DNA of 34,495 bases, from NCBI RefSeq assembly GCF_001194135.2, contig NC_068988.1, positions 95,439,721-95,474,215 of the forward strand, written 5' to 3'. This DNA is from Octopus bimaculoides. Its lineage: Eukaryota. A program made the position numbers and the translations under genes. The notes under the pieces are model-generated. The model did no database searches and had not been told where the DNA came from. It saw only the letters and a list, made by a program, of their open reading frames with translations. Below, piece by piece: positions 1 to 12,808 of this stretch; the stretch's first letter is position 1, and the number at the start of each line of letters is the position of its first letter.

Positions 1-1332
1 TTTTGCTAGTTTATTTTGTCTCTTTGTCTTCTCTCTTGGTGCTATATGAACATTTAATGTGGTTTTAGAGTCAAGTTTTGGCTGCTATATCTAGCATGGT
101 GGTATCTCTTAGATACCCTTAATTATAATTTTAATAATAATTATTACCTTTGAGGTTTTTATTCCCATGCTGGTATTTTAAATAACGATCTTATCCTTAT
201 TTATATGAATTCATATATATATATATATATATATATNNNNNNNNNNTATGCACTTTGTTAGATTTAATGCTGGGATTTAGAAGTAGTTTGAAACCGGACG
301 AATTCTTCGTGAACCTTGCACACGATACCAGTTGATTAAAACCAAGAGATAATTAGGATTCTGAAGTGACACCAACACAAAAGCTTTAAAAATCTGTCCG
401 TGCCAACATCACTGAATCAAATGGGTTTTTTCTTCTTGTTTTCCGTTTTGCTTTGTCTTTTCTTTTTTCGTTTTTGTCATTGTTTTCCTTTTTTCCTTGG
501 TGTAGGACAGGCTCTCATTTCTTACGAAGCAAGTAAACAATTTAGCCAATCCTCCCAGAGGGACGACTGTGTCTTTTATGTAGATGATTGCAAATCTTCT
601 TTAAATTTTCCCTTTTTATGTCATTCTTTTCACAGTTTGTTCTTTATAACCATTTAACAGTCTTTTTCTCGTTTATTTCAACTATTACTTTCTCTCCTTT
701 TCTCTTTCTCTTCATCTCTCATATTCTCCCACTTTTCTCTTCCTCTCTCTTTCTCTGTTTCTCTCTCTCTCTCTCTCTCTCTCATCGTTTCAGTCACTCA
801 CTCTCTAACCATAAAACTACTCTCTTTCGAGAAGAAAAAGAACTGACGAAATTTTGTGCTGCAAAAACGTGTGTCTGTGTGATAGAGGAATAAATAAAGA
901 ACCTTTCATGTGCCAAACGGTGGTTTACATCTAACTTAACGAAACATCAAAACATGCTAGTGCCACATAACGACGATGACAACAACAACAACAATAATAA
1001 TAATGAAAATAATAATAAGCGTTTAATGAACAGTGGTAGATGATGACTTTTTTATTTCGTTTTCAAATGTCCTCCAGAAACTATTCTCCTGTATTATTCT
1101 CCTCTGAAAAACTCTTGTACTCAATTTGTTTACGTTGGTAATTTTCAAGAAAACGATAACAAATTTAGGATTAAAAAACAAACAAAGAAACAACAAAGAA
1201 ACAACAAATACTAACCTCCTCCCCTCCCCTCCCCCATCCTATCCACGAATGTCATGTTTCGTGCAACTTTCTTTACTTTCTGACTCTTCGGGGGAATTTC
1301 TGGCAATTTTGTTATATTTCTCTTATACTGGC

Positions 1333-1364
<32 letters not shown>

Positions 1365-1736
1365 NNNNNNNNNNNNNNNNNNNNNNNNNNNNNNNNNNNN
1401 NNNNNNNNNNNNNNNNNNNNNNNNNNNNNNNNNNNNNNNNNNNNNNNNNNNNNNNNNNNNNNNNNNNNNNNNNNNNNNNNNNNNNNNNNNNNNNNNNNNN
1501 NNNNNNNNNNNNNNNNNNNNNNNNNNNNNNNNNNNNNNNNNNNNNNNNNNNNNNNNNNNNNNNNNNNNNNNNNNNNNNNNNNNNNNNNNNNNNNNNNNNN
1601 NNNNNNNNNNNNNNNNNNNNNNNNNNNNNNNNNNNNNNNNNNNNNNNNNNNNNNNNNNNNNNNNNNNNNNNNNNNNNNNNNNNNNNNNNNNNNNNNNNNN
1701 NNNNNNNNNNNNNNNNNNNNNNNNNNNNNNNNNNNN
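1365..1736. other. Assembly gap
   Basis: N run between (GT)n and (AT)n. Confidence 1.
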
Positions 1737-1781
<45 letters not shown>

Positions 1782-3196
1782 TATATGCATGTATGTATGT
1801 ATGTATATATATATATATAGATAGATAGATGTTTGTGTGTGTGTGTGTATGAATATATACGAAACTATATAATATATATACGTGAATATATCTGGGTGTA
1901 ATTGGTATGTATATACATTTACCAGATTGTTTATATATATCTGGGTATGTATATGTTTATATATAATGTGTTTTAGTATGCCTGTATATGTGTATTTGTA
2001 TGTATGTTAATGTTTGCGTGTGTTAATTTGTTTATTTTAGCGTGCAAGTGATGTGTTCTCGTCAATAGGAAAAGAAAAAACATTCTTGTTTGATTCTTGT
2101 TTCATGTGTTCTTTGTGTTGTGTTAACAAAACTATTCCTTGGAATAATGCATCTGCAAAAGACCGAAAGAACGGTCCAAACTATACTTCACAGGAAATCT
2201 ATCACGTTATGTCAAAAGAACAAGGACATACCACAGAAATATTTGAAACAATTTCAAAGAAATTCTACACCTAAATTTTCTAAATGAGTGAATCCTTTGT
2301 AAGATATTTTATCTCAAAAAGTTTCATTATCAGTCAATATAATAGAATATTGGTTGTTCATTGCCTTGTGATTCCATATCAGCCGCGTGTGTCCTATAAG
2401 GGGATCTCACGTATAGAACTTTATTCCTTACATTGTCCCATTCATCTTACATCGTTTCCCCACTTCCATTCCCCCATTCTTTTATTTTTTGCATGTTGAC
2501 CATTTTTAGTGAACCAACACAATTTCAATGCTTTCAAGGTTTCATCTCTTTATATGAGAAGTGAATACAATGGCTAAGTTCAGGTGGATATAAGGGGACA
2601 GAATTTGTACCACTTAAATTTATCGTCGATATATAGTCGATCTACTTTTTGTGACCCTAACAGCGTGAATAACGTCAGTATTATCCTCTAAATAGCTTTC
2701 CCATTGAAGACGATGGTATGCAGGTGTATAATTTTATGGATTTGTGGCCGCTAGAGATATTATTCAGATACGGGGAAGATTATAGAAAATACATTTTAAT
2801 GTATTTCCACGAGAAATTTCATTTACGCCATATCTTTGGTTATGTTATGGTTTTGTTTTTACGCTCTTTGACATGTGTTGATGTATCTTTCGTATTCATA
2901 ATTATTATTAATGTGCATGCGAGAGACCGAGAAGAGACAGCAATATGCATATATATATNNNNNNNNNNNNNNNNNNNNNNNNNNNNNNNNNNNNNNNNNN
3001 NNNNNNTATATATGTAGGTATGTATGTATATGAGAGAGAGAAAGAGAGAGAGGTCTTGTATGAATATGGCTGTATATGTAATTAAAATATTAAATCAATA
3101 TTTTACTCACAAATTTGCAGTTTTCGTATAGAAATATTGCAATCCATGTGTTTACATTTCCACGCACGTGTTGTTGTGGTGGTGTATCTGAGGGAA

Positions 3197-3240
<44 letters not shown>
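3197..3240. repeat. (ATT)n microsatellite directly 5' of a SINE
   Basis: About 15 perfect ATT units read directly. Confidence 0.95.
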
Positions 3241-3241
3241 G

Positions 3242-3454
3242 GGGCAGCGAGTTGAAAGAATCGTTAATACACCGGGCAAAATGCTTAACAGTATTTCGCC
3301 CGTCGCTATGTCCTGGGTTCAAATACCGCCGACGCCGACTTTGCGTTTCATCCTTTCGGGGTCGATAGATTAAGTACCACTTGCGTACTGGATCGATATA
3401 ATCAACTAGCCCATTCCCATCAATTTTCAGGCCTTGTACCTATAATAGAAAGGA
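3242..3454 (+). mobile_element. tRNA-headed SINE, 'family A' (my label), diverged full-length copy
   Basis: Colinear along its whole length with 19206-19420 and 11703-11912. B-box-like GGTTCAAATAC, central TTTCATCCTTTCGGGGTCGATA, 3' GGCCTTGTACCTATAATAGAAA. Confidence 0.9.
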
Positions 3455-3455
3455 C

Positions 3456-3527
3456 CATCATCATCATCATCACCACCACCATCATCATCATCACCACTAC
3501 CACCATCATCATCACCATCATCATCAT
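3456..3527. repeat. (CAT/CAC)n compound trinucleotide repeat
   Basis: Read directly; abuts the SINE 3' end. Confidence 0.9.
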
Positions 3528-3693
3528 TGCCTGCTTATTTTCAAATTATTACTTGTATTTATATTTTAGCGAAACTGCTATATGTTTATAAAATCCAATA
3601 ATATCGAAGTTGGGCACTCAATCTCCAGGGAGAGGCCCACACTACTTAGATATTCATTCTTTATGAATATCTTCATAATGTAAGCAATATATA

Positions 3694-3730
<37 letters not shown>

Positions 3731-4298
3731 TGTGTGTGAGTACACATATGTGTATACATACATTCATATAAGTATATATGTATATATATATGTGTGTGTG
3801 TGTGTGCTCATACACCCACACACAGACACCCACATACACACACACTCGACGTGTATGTATACTAAATTACATCAACGATTCATTCGTCTTTGTAGAGAGA
3901 CTATAATTACAACGGTAATAATGTTATATTTTCTTTGTTTCCTATTTTTTGGTGAGGAAAACAAGAAAATGAAATTGTAGAAAGAAGTATTTTATCGAGA
4001 GGAAGAAATAAAGTTTGAATATTTGCATTTTAATACGTAGCAAAATGTTCATGCTCAAGAACGCCCGAATATGTATGTATATGTATATACATGTGTGTGT
4101 GTGTGTGTGTGTGTCTGCGCCAGGGAGTGTGTATGTGTACGTTCAGTTATAGACGTATTTGCATAAACATAATTATATATATATATATATGTGTGTACAT
4201 ATGCGTACATGTATGTGCGTGTGTGTGCGCATGTGTGAACAATGGCAAATATACACGCGTCTGTGTATACATTTACATACCTATTCAACACGTATCCG

Positions 4299-4342
<44 letters not shown>

Positions 4343-4357
4343 ACACANNNNNNNNNN

Positions 4358-4401
<44 letters not shown>

Positions 4402-4721
4402 AATGTAAACATACTCTCATCTTAATTAAATGTTGACTTTAAAACACCAATGAACCACTTCTCATTGTTAATTATTGCTTCATTTCTTATCGTCTCTTTA
4501 TATATGTTAAACTACAGTTTTACTGTAAATTACCTACTACCGTATACCTTATAACAAGGACCATATAAACTGAGATAATACGCCAGGTGTACCTATGGAT
4601 ACATCTATTCTGAAATTAAAACTGCATGAAGAAGGTTACGAAACGGCTGTAACCTTTGGAAGTCAAGAAGTTAAATATATTTTTACCTCAGTCAAATGCA
4701 CGTGTGTGTGTAAACAGACAA

Positions 4722-4769
<48 letters not shown>

Positions 4770-4974
4770 ACACACATATATATACACATGTATATAGATA
4801 TCTGCCCGTGTATGTGTTCGTGCGTGTATACGTACGTAAATATAAATATGTATAAATGTGTAGGTACGTGTATTGCATATATTTTGTACATATTACAGAT
4901 AGAGCTTACTACATATACGCACACACACATAAACTCGCATACATTAATAGAAAGAGGAAGAGACAGACAGATAC

Positions 4975-5007
<33 letters not shown>

Positions 5008-5020
5008 CAGATAGACAGAT
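4975..5020. repeat. (GATA/GACA)n microsatellite
   Basis: Read directly. Confidence 0.9.
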
Positions 5021-5639
5021 ATAGAGAAAGAGCGTAAAGAGGGAACCAAGTGGTGTAACGTTCTGCAACCTGAAGGCAACGTGTAAGAAAGAGTCGACTC
5101 TCCTTCAGAGATGGCGCAAACTGGGTAAGCTGTAAAATGTTTGGCGACAAACGACAAACAGGCGAAAATAAAGACCTTTTTCTTTTCTTTTTTTTTTCTA
5201 AGAAGACTAGAAGGACAAAGATGAAATAAGAATAAAGACATAATAATTGGAACTTCGACAGTAAACAGTTTTTTCCTGGTAGAAAACTGGCGAAAGATCG
5301 AGAGGATGAAGTAAGAGTTACAATATGAAGAGAATGGCGGCGGGGCGGGGGTGAATCTGGAGGAGGCTTGGGAGAGAAATGAAAAGGGATTAAAACTTGC
5401 GTATGTCGGGAGGTGAGTAAAGGGTGGTACTACGGATAAATGAGGGTGGGTGTAGCAAAAGAAGGGAGTCTTAAGATCGTGGTAAACCACTTCAAAGTGA
5501 AAAGCCGTTGGTCGGTAATGTAACAGTCTGGGAGCAGTTTGAAAGACAAATAGGGGAGGCATGGCGCGCGCCAGTCGATGTATATATATATATGTGCATA
5601 TGTGTATATATGTAGATTACTGGGTATATGTGTAGACTG

Positions 5640-5928
5640 GGCATATGTGTAAATGTGTGTATATGAATATGTGTGTGTATGTGTATATTTGTGTACATGT
5701 GTATATATCAGCGTATGTGAATATGTGTTTATGTATATGCGTGTGTGAGTGTGTATATATCTGGTATGTGTGTATGCGTATGTGTATATATCTATCTATG
5801 TGAATGTTTATGTTTATATGCGCATGTATTTATATATATATGTGCGTGTGTGTGTGAGAGTATGTATGTGTGTGTAATCTATACGCATATGTGTATACAT
5901 CTGGGTATATATATGTGTGTATGTGAAT

Positions 5929-5992
<64 letters not shown>

Positions 5993-6065
5993 ATGTTTGT
6001 ATGTGCATATATCTGTGTATGTGAATACATGCATGTACTTGAGTATATGCGTGTGTGTGTCTGTG
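5640..6065. repeat. Compound (AT)n/(GT)n low-complexity block
   Basis: Read directly; source of the YIYI/CVCV pseudo-ORFs. Confidence 0.9.
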
Positions 6066-6212
6066 TTTATCGGGAAGCAAGCATAACAAAGCTACCATTT
6101 CAACAAGCTTTCGTATTCTCGCTGAAGTACTTTCTGCTCATAATTCCATTACAATTCTTCTTCGCCCCCTCCTCTCTCTCTTTCTAATCTCTTCTCATTC
6201 CCTTTCCCTCTT

Positions 6213-6272
<60 letters not shown>

Positions 6273-7507
6273 CTCATTCAATTATTAAATCCCTGAAAAT
6301 TGTTATTCTATTTATTCAGTCACATGACAGGTTCCAGCTAAAAGTTGTGGCCAGGTTGGAGCAACGCTATTATTGTTTCTGTTTAGTGGGGTTTTCTTTT
6401 TTTTATTGTACTTTTGCTTCGTTTTGTTTTGTTTTTTGGGTTTTTTTAGTAGCAGAGAATACGATAAAGGGAGGGAAACATCCGGGTCCTGAAATTATTG
6501 TTCTTTACTTTCCTTTGCTTAAACGATGGCACAGCTAAATACATGCAAGAAAGATTTCGTCACTTATACATCAGACAAAATCTTAGGCTGACAACCACAC
6601 CACTGGCAAATAAAGAGAGAGAAAAAAACAAGGGAACTAATAAGGGGGCCTTTATATGGTCACTTTGCCTGCTAAAAATTCCAGCCAAATCTTCCTCAGA
6701 TCCCCTCCTCTTTGGATTGCGTAATCTTACTTTACGTCTGACAAAAATAAGGTTTGGAAGCTTTTCATCTCTATTTGAACAGGGCTGACAACAACTATAA
6801 GAGTGAACAAAGGGAAGTATTAGGAAGGAAGGATAGGGAAAAACAGGGGACTTCTTGTTGGGGAGCATAAAGCCTAAAGTTTAGTGTTGAAAGTATAACC
6901 CCAACATGGTTCAGAGTTCACTGACCCTGTGGCGTGGTGTGGGGTAGAAACAATAGAATTCCAACACGGAATTAACAAGGATTGCATCAAATATTGTATT
7001 TATATTTCGTTCTACGTTATTCCAAGTACAGCACAGCAGACATATTTTCAACGCGTTCCAACCGTGACCATTTCATCGTTTATTTTTGAAACAATTTACT
7101 TTAGTACACGTTATGCAAAGCATATTCTTCCTCCTTTTTTTGAATGTATGATGAAATTTGGGGGCCACTCTACATGTTGTTCCTAACATGTAGAATGACT
7201 GCAAAAAAGACACGTTCCTTCAGTCAACGAAATATTGTTTCGTGTTTAGTATGGTGTTTTACTGTTTACGAAATCGACTCACCTATGTAGTAGTAGTAGT
7301 CGCAGCAGCAGCAGCAGGGACTAACAGTAAAGTTTACCATGAAACACGGAAAGCATAAGTCGAATGAAATCATCCTAGAGACACGAGCTGCTACACTTAT
7401 GACTCTACTTACACATGGTTCATGTTTGAAAGGACATGAAGAAAGATCTTGTCTTCTTGGAATATGCAGTGTTTTGCGTTGTTTAGTATATTTATTATAT
7501 GAGACAG

Positions 7508-7580
7508 TGTCACGTGACAGCTGGCTGCTGGAACCTACTGGCGGGTATTTAAAGGGAAATTTGGCTGGATGGTCAGTCGC
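7508..7580 (+). promoter_or_regulatory. Candidate Pol II core promoter: palindromic E-box, TATA-like box and Inr
   Basis: TGTCACGTGACA at 7508-7519, TATTTAAA at 7546-7553 and TCAGTC at 7573-7578. The Inr A (7575) is 29 nt after the TATA start, in a repeat-free, relatively GC-rich stretch. No transcript evidence. Confidence 0.4.
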
Positions 7581-9088
7581 CCGCTGACAGCCGTTGACGC
7601 TGCATCGAAGAGGCCAGGAAACAGAAGAAAAAAAAAAGGAGAAAGAAGAAATGCACTCAACACCAGAGCTGAAGACACCCACCTCCGAAAGAGGGAGGGC
7701 CGCTACGTCAAAAACGGTAGAGGAGTAGGGGCCGAAACCGGACGTGGTTCCTCCTAATGGTGTCTTTAGCCACTGGATCCTGTAAAGGAGCTGTTGAGGT
7801 TGCAAACCACGAAACATGGTTGGAATTCCTCTTTATTTATTCATCTCTGTACAGGGAAGCAGTGTTGATTGAGAGCATGCTGTCAGGTATAGAGGTAACG
7901 TTTACAGGTGGGAGGTTAAGGGAGAAGGAAGGACGGTAATACCTTCCTCGGTGTCTCAAATGTGTTGGTGCGGTTGAAGGATTGAAGCATCTCTCAATCC
8001 ACCACCCTCGAATCCTACACCTGATTAGAGAGTACTGCGTAAGCAAACACCGGTTGCCAAACGGTGGGAGACAAACACAGAAATGCGCCCCCACCACAGT
8101 TATACACCCACTCATGTTTATATAAATATATACGTATCTATATAAGCATATATATACACACACAGGCACACGTGTGTATGTGTGTGTGTGCGCGTGTATG
8201 TGCCATTCCCATTCTTCTGTTCTATACGAGACCACCATTCCAATGGTATTAGATGACAATGTTGTCATGTCGCTGTTCACTTCTATTTCTTGCCGTTTCT
8301 TCGCTGACGTTTTGCTGTTAAAGTCTAATAACTCCTACTTTTCACCTTCAATGACGTAGAATAAACATTCCAGAACTTTCTCCATTTACGATTATCCGTC
8401 AAATATAGTTCCATCATGGAAAGACCCACCAGACAACATGCCAGTCAGCCATCCGTCGACTCGCTCAGTCGCTAGATTAGTATTGGACTCGGTTACGTCA
8501 TAACTGATTAGGTGAATTTTATGTGATTTCATTAGCCAAATCATTAGCACTTAACCTTAGAACTAGCATTCTTCGACAGGAAGCTGGAGAGTGGCCATAA
8601 AAAAAAGTACACAACTTAATCATAATATTTGTGAACCAAGAGACGAACCACAACCATGCGGCAGACAATCGGTGAGAAAGCCAGTATTTTACAAGTTTCA
8701 TAGCGTTTCTTGTCATTCTTGTCAAAAAAATAAAAGAATTTCATTTGTTACAAAATTTAGGAAAACGAAACAGTAGAGAATGTTCTGACTAAATTTCGCA
8801 GTTTATAACTTCAATCATTTTTCGTTCATTATTTCAAATGTCACCCTAACTGGGTTGATCTCTCGCTTTTCGAGGCACGGTGGGGGGCGGCATGGGCTAT
8901 GAAATAAATACCAGCAAGATTACTCTAGAATCGAGTGAATTAGCTATGTGAAATATTGACCTGGACTGGTGAAATTGATAGGGGGTGGTCAATGGCGTTG
9001 AGGTATTTATTTACAGCCCCAACTTCATACGTGCCGAGTTCGACTTTTATCCTTTGCTAGTTGATTACCAGTAACGCATTTGAGCATA

Positions 9089-9166
9089 CCCTCTCCTCCA
9101 CCTCTCCCCACCCTCTCTACCTTCTCCCCACCCTCTCTACCTTCTCCCCACCCTCTCCACTCCTTC
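9089..9166. repeat. 20-bp pyrimidine-rich minisatellite (CCCTCTCTACCTTCTCCCCA), about 3.5 units
   Basis: Two exact units at 9111 and 9131 plus degenerate flanking units. Confidence 0.85.
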
Positions 9167-9756
9167 TAAAATCCTTCCCCTTCGCCTATGCTGGAAACCC
9201 ATATTTTAGCATGAATTCGAGGCGATTCAGTAGAAGTGTTAGAACACCATGGAAATAGTTAGCAGTGCCATCTATCGGCACCTATTTACAGCTAGGTGGC
9301 CTGAGCAGACTGATAATAATGTCAGGATTCAAGTCAGCCTCGACCGATAGAGATGCAACATACGTTTTGCATTTATCACGGTAGAATTTTGCTGCTGCTG
9401 CTGTTCTTAATTATTTTCTGGGCACAAAGGTTTGTATTTTAGTGGTCAGGAAAAACAAGATCCTATAGATTTCTGTTTTTCTTGAAGACATGAAATTCCA
9501 TCAACCAGGGATTGAAACTGCATCGAGATCTTTGGTTCTTGCTAGCCTTGCAAAAATACTTTGCCACTATAATGGTGCGGTCTGTTTCCAACATTGGTTG
9601 TTTCTGTGGTGTATTCTTAAATCGGATTAGTTTTCAATGGCCCCCGTTCAAAGCTTTCCGGAGATGACCTTTTCATCTTTTGTTCAAACATAGCCTACTT
9701 AGAAAATTACAATCTTTAAATCTCACAATGAGAGATATTCAGCAACAGTACTTTGG

Positions 9757-10018
9757 AGTAAAGATTATTTTGCCAACATAACATGGCAGTCTTGGTTTAG
9801 GACGAATGTTGCTGTAATTTAGCCCCAGAAAATATAGTCTCCAGCTGGCTATACGACACGATCTGTGTCCTTATATTTTCGAACAAAAGTCGGGGTGCTA
9901 GATTTCCTTGTTCGAACGTGTCGTTTAGCCAGCTGGAGACGATGTCTCCTGGGCTAAATTACAGCAACATTCGTCCTAAATGAGGACTGCCATTTTATCT
10001 TGGCAAACAATCTTTACT
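9757..10018. mobile_element. Foldback/MITE-like element with about 100-bp inverted arms
   Basis: 9757-9860 is the reverse complement of 9917-10018 at roughly 85% by eye (TTTAGGACGAATGTTGCTGTAATTTAGCCC / GGGCTAAATTACAGCAACATTCGTCCTAAA). No clear TSD. Confidence 0.7.
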
Positions 10019-10329
10019 ACATAACCTATTAAGGACTAAATTCATCTAATTCGTCCATTTGAACATGTTGGGGAATGATTCAAGGAATACTTGGCTGCTA
10101 TTTCTTGCATACAGAGCATCCCAAGCTGAAAATCTTTCGTCACACATCTGTGACCTATTCAGCGACTCTTTTCATCCCCGTGTATTCTTCTGCACCATTA
10201 GTAGCTGCGGAAGGTGAGATCAAAATGCGCTTGAACAATTGGCTGATAGGTGGGAACAAAAACCTCTGCATGGCAAATATGTGGACCGTAGCAGACAAGC
10301 TGATGTAGACCAGAAGCACACCCATTAGT

Positions 10330-10464
10330 ATATATTTTCCCTGACAGAATACCTGTTAATACTTTCCAGGGGAGGCTAAGACAAGCAATGGGTCGGTAAT
10401 TGCCAACCTCATTGCTCTTTGACCGATCTTTCATTAACAATATTATTTTTCCCTTTACCAACAA
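10330..10464 (-). mobile_element. Non-LTR retrotransposon RT fragment, probably R4/Dong clade
   Basis: Translates as KGKIILLMKDRSKSNEVGNYRPIACLSLPWKVLTGILSGKIY, containing the NYRPI-x-CL...WK-x-LT motif at the N-terminus of non-LTR RT domains. Similarity stops after about 45 aa. Confidence 0.8.
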
Positions 10465-10878
10465 CTCCGGAAATGAGGTGGTGGTAGCGGGGACTAAAAA
10501 AAAACGAATGACGTCATAAAAAGGTATTTGGTAGCATCTGCAGTCACAGATGTGGGAGGCACTGTTAACTGCGTCTGTTAAGATTGGGACTTCGCAGCAA
10601 CAAGAAGTTCGAGAGTAAATATTGATTTATTTCCACTCAAATCTCTGAAACTGAAGAAATATTTTCGAATTCTTTTGTCCTATTATGGTACCAAGGTGAA
10701 ATTAAGTGAAAGAATAGACGCCTGAGTACACCACGAACCATGAAAGCATTCAGTCTGACATCGAGAGGTGATTAAATTATCGATTTGGTTGATCAATTAT
10801 CGGAAGAATAACCTGTTGAAATGTCGTTATGCGCTGATCACTTGCTCTTGGAATTTCAATTATCACATATACACACAA

Positions 10879-11070
10879 GGTGGCGCGCCGGGCAGAATGC
10901 TTAGTGGTATTGCGTCTACCGCTGCGTTCCCAGTTCAATTTCCGCTGGCGTCGACTTTGCCTTTCATCCTTTCGGGGTCGATGAAATGTGTACCAGTTAC
11001 GCACTGGGGTCGATGTAATCGACTAGCCCCCTTCCACCAAATTTTCAAGGCCTTGTGCCTAGAGTAGAAA
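10879..11070 (+). mobile_element. SINE family A copy with a deletion in the head
   Basis: Matches 19206-19420 from CGCCGGGC onward and lacks about 20 nt including the A-box. Confidence 0.9.
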
Positions 11071-11099
11071 TCGTTATCACATATATCACACACTACGTA

Positions 11100-11355
11100 G
11101 GCGTGTGGCCTGGCGGTTACTGCATTGCACTCACGATGGCTAGATCGCGAGTTCTATTCCCGGACAGAGCAGTGTGTTGTGTTCTTGTGCAAAACACTTC
11201 ATTTCACGTTACTCCAGTCCACTCGGCTGTAAACAGATCACCCTACAATGGACTAGTCTTCCAGTCAGGTGAGGCTGTTTGTTGGTCTGTTCGCCTAGCC
11301 AGCGGAATAGAATCATTCGAAATTTAAATAATACGAAGTGCATTGTGGCTAGCGG
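11100..11355 (+). mobile_element. tRNA/CORE-like SINE, 'family E', diverged
   Basis: Head, then TGTGTTCTTGTGCAAAACACTT; shares CACCCTACAATGGAC and GCATTGTGGC(T/C)AGCG with 30598-30780. Confidence 0.65.
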
Positions 11356-11600
11356 TGTATAACCTCATGCGATCGTCCATCATTACTGTGATACTTTGAA
11401 CTATTATATTTGCTATTATATTTTTGTTCATTTGGATTCTTTAATTCAAATGAATCTTCAAAGACTAGGTGTGTCTACATACACATTCTTGTGTACAGAG
11501 ACAAGATACAATGTCAAAGAACCTGATGTGCAAGAATTATTTATAAAAAAAAAAAAAACAATGAAATGATGATATTCAATGGAGCCATCAGAAGACAATA

Positions 11601-11660
11601 CGTGTGGTAAGAAGCTTGCTTCCCAACCTCATGGTTCCGGGTTCAGTGTGACACCTTGGC
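11601..11660 (+). mobile_element. SINE family B head fragment
   Basis: GTGTGGTAAGAAGCTTGCTTCCCAACC...GGTTCCGGGTTCAG matches the start of 21371-21800. Confidence 0.85.
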
Positions 11661-11702
11661 ATTACTTTTTGATTCACCCTCGTATTATCGGTTCCACCTC
11701 AC

Positions 11703-11912
11703 GGCGGCGAGCTGGCAGAATCGTTAGCACGCCGGGTGAAATGCTTAGCTGTATTGCGTCTACCGCTACGTTCTGAGTTCAAATTCCGCCGAAGTTGACT
11801 TAGCCTTAAATCTTTTCGGGGTCGATAAATTAAGTACCAGTGAAACACCGGGGTCGATGAAATTGACCATCCCCCTCCCCCAAATTTCAGGCCTTGTGCC
11901 TAGAGTGGAAAA
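11703..11912 (+). mobile_element. SINE family A, full length
   Basis: A-box-like TGGCAGAATCG and B-box-like GAGTTCAAATTC; colinear with 19206-19420. Confidence 0.92.
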
Positions 11913-11973
11913 AATTATTGGTTCCACTTCACATTTTAACAAATAGAGTTAAAACAGATTAACATCTGATGGC

Positions 11974-12615
11974 NNNNNNNNNNNNNNNNNNNNNNNNNNN
12001 NNNNNNNNNNNNNNNNNNNNNNNNNNNNNNNNNNNNNNNNNNNNNNNNNNNNNNNNNNNNNNNNNNNNNNNNNNNNNNNNNNNNNNNNNNNNNNNNNNNN
12101 NNNNNNNNNNNNNNNNNNNNNNNNNNNNNNNNNNNNNNNNNNNNNNNNNNNNNNNNNNNNNNNNNNNNNNNNNNNNNNNNNNNNNNNNNNNNNNNNNNNN
12201 NNNNNNNNNNNNNNNNNNNNNNNNNNNNNNNNNNNNNNNNNNNNNNNNNNNNNNNNNNNNNNNNNNNNNNNNNNNNNNNNNNNNNNNNNNNNNNNNNNNN
12301 NNNNNNNNNNNNNNNNNNNNNNNNNNNNNNNNNNNNNNNNNNNNNNNNNNNNNNNNNNNNNNNNNNNNNNNNNNNNNNNNNNNNNNNNNNNNNNNNNNNN
12401 NNNNNNNNNNNNNNNNNNNNNNNNNNNNNNNNNNNNNNNNNNNNNNNNNNNNNNNNNNNNNNNNNNNNNNNNNNNNNNNNNNNNNNNNNNNNNNNNNNNN
12501 NNNNNNNNNNNNNNNNNNNNNNNNNNNNNNNNNNNNNNNNNNNNNNNNNNNNNNNNNNNNNNNNNNNNNNNNNNNNNNNNNNNNNNNNNNNNNNNNNNNN
12601 NNNNNNNNNNNNNNN
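11974..12615. other. Assembly gap
   Basis: N run. Confidence 1.
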
Positions 12616-12668
12616 TGTGTGTGTGTGTGTTTCAATAACACGCTTCCAGTTGTATGGACTATGGGCAG

Positions 12669-12712
<44 letters not shown>

Positions 12713-12747
12713 GTATATATAATATGTCACTATTAGTTGGTTGTCAT

Positions 12748-12808
12748 AATAAAACTCAGAGTTTCGGATCCCTGGGCTGAAGTCTGCTCCGGCATCTCAT
12801 CTGTTATT
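12748..12808 (-). ncRNA. Minimal type I hammerhead-ribozyme-like motif (core variant CAGAUGA)
   Basis: Minus strand reads AATAA-CAGATGA-[GATGCCGG...CCAGGGATCC]-GAAA-CTC-T-GAG-T-T-TTATT: 5-bp helix I, imperfect helix II, helix III ACTC/GAGT and a UH site. U4 is changed to A. Confidence 0.55.

Noticed and set aside
5111-5224. Possible first coding exon ATGGCGCAAACTGG|GTAAGC spliced to the acceptor at 5202
   Set aside because: The spliced frame stops after 11 aa (MAQTGRLEGQR). A longer chain through 7855, 28579 and 29470 can be built, but only by cherry-picking splice sites.
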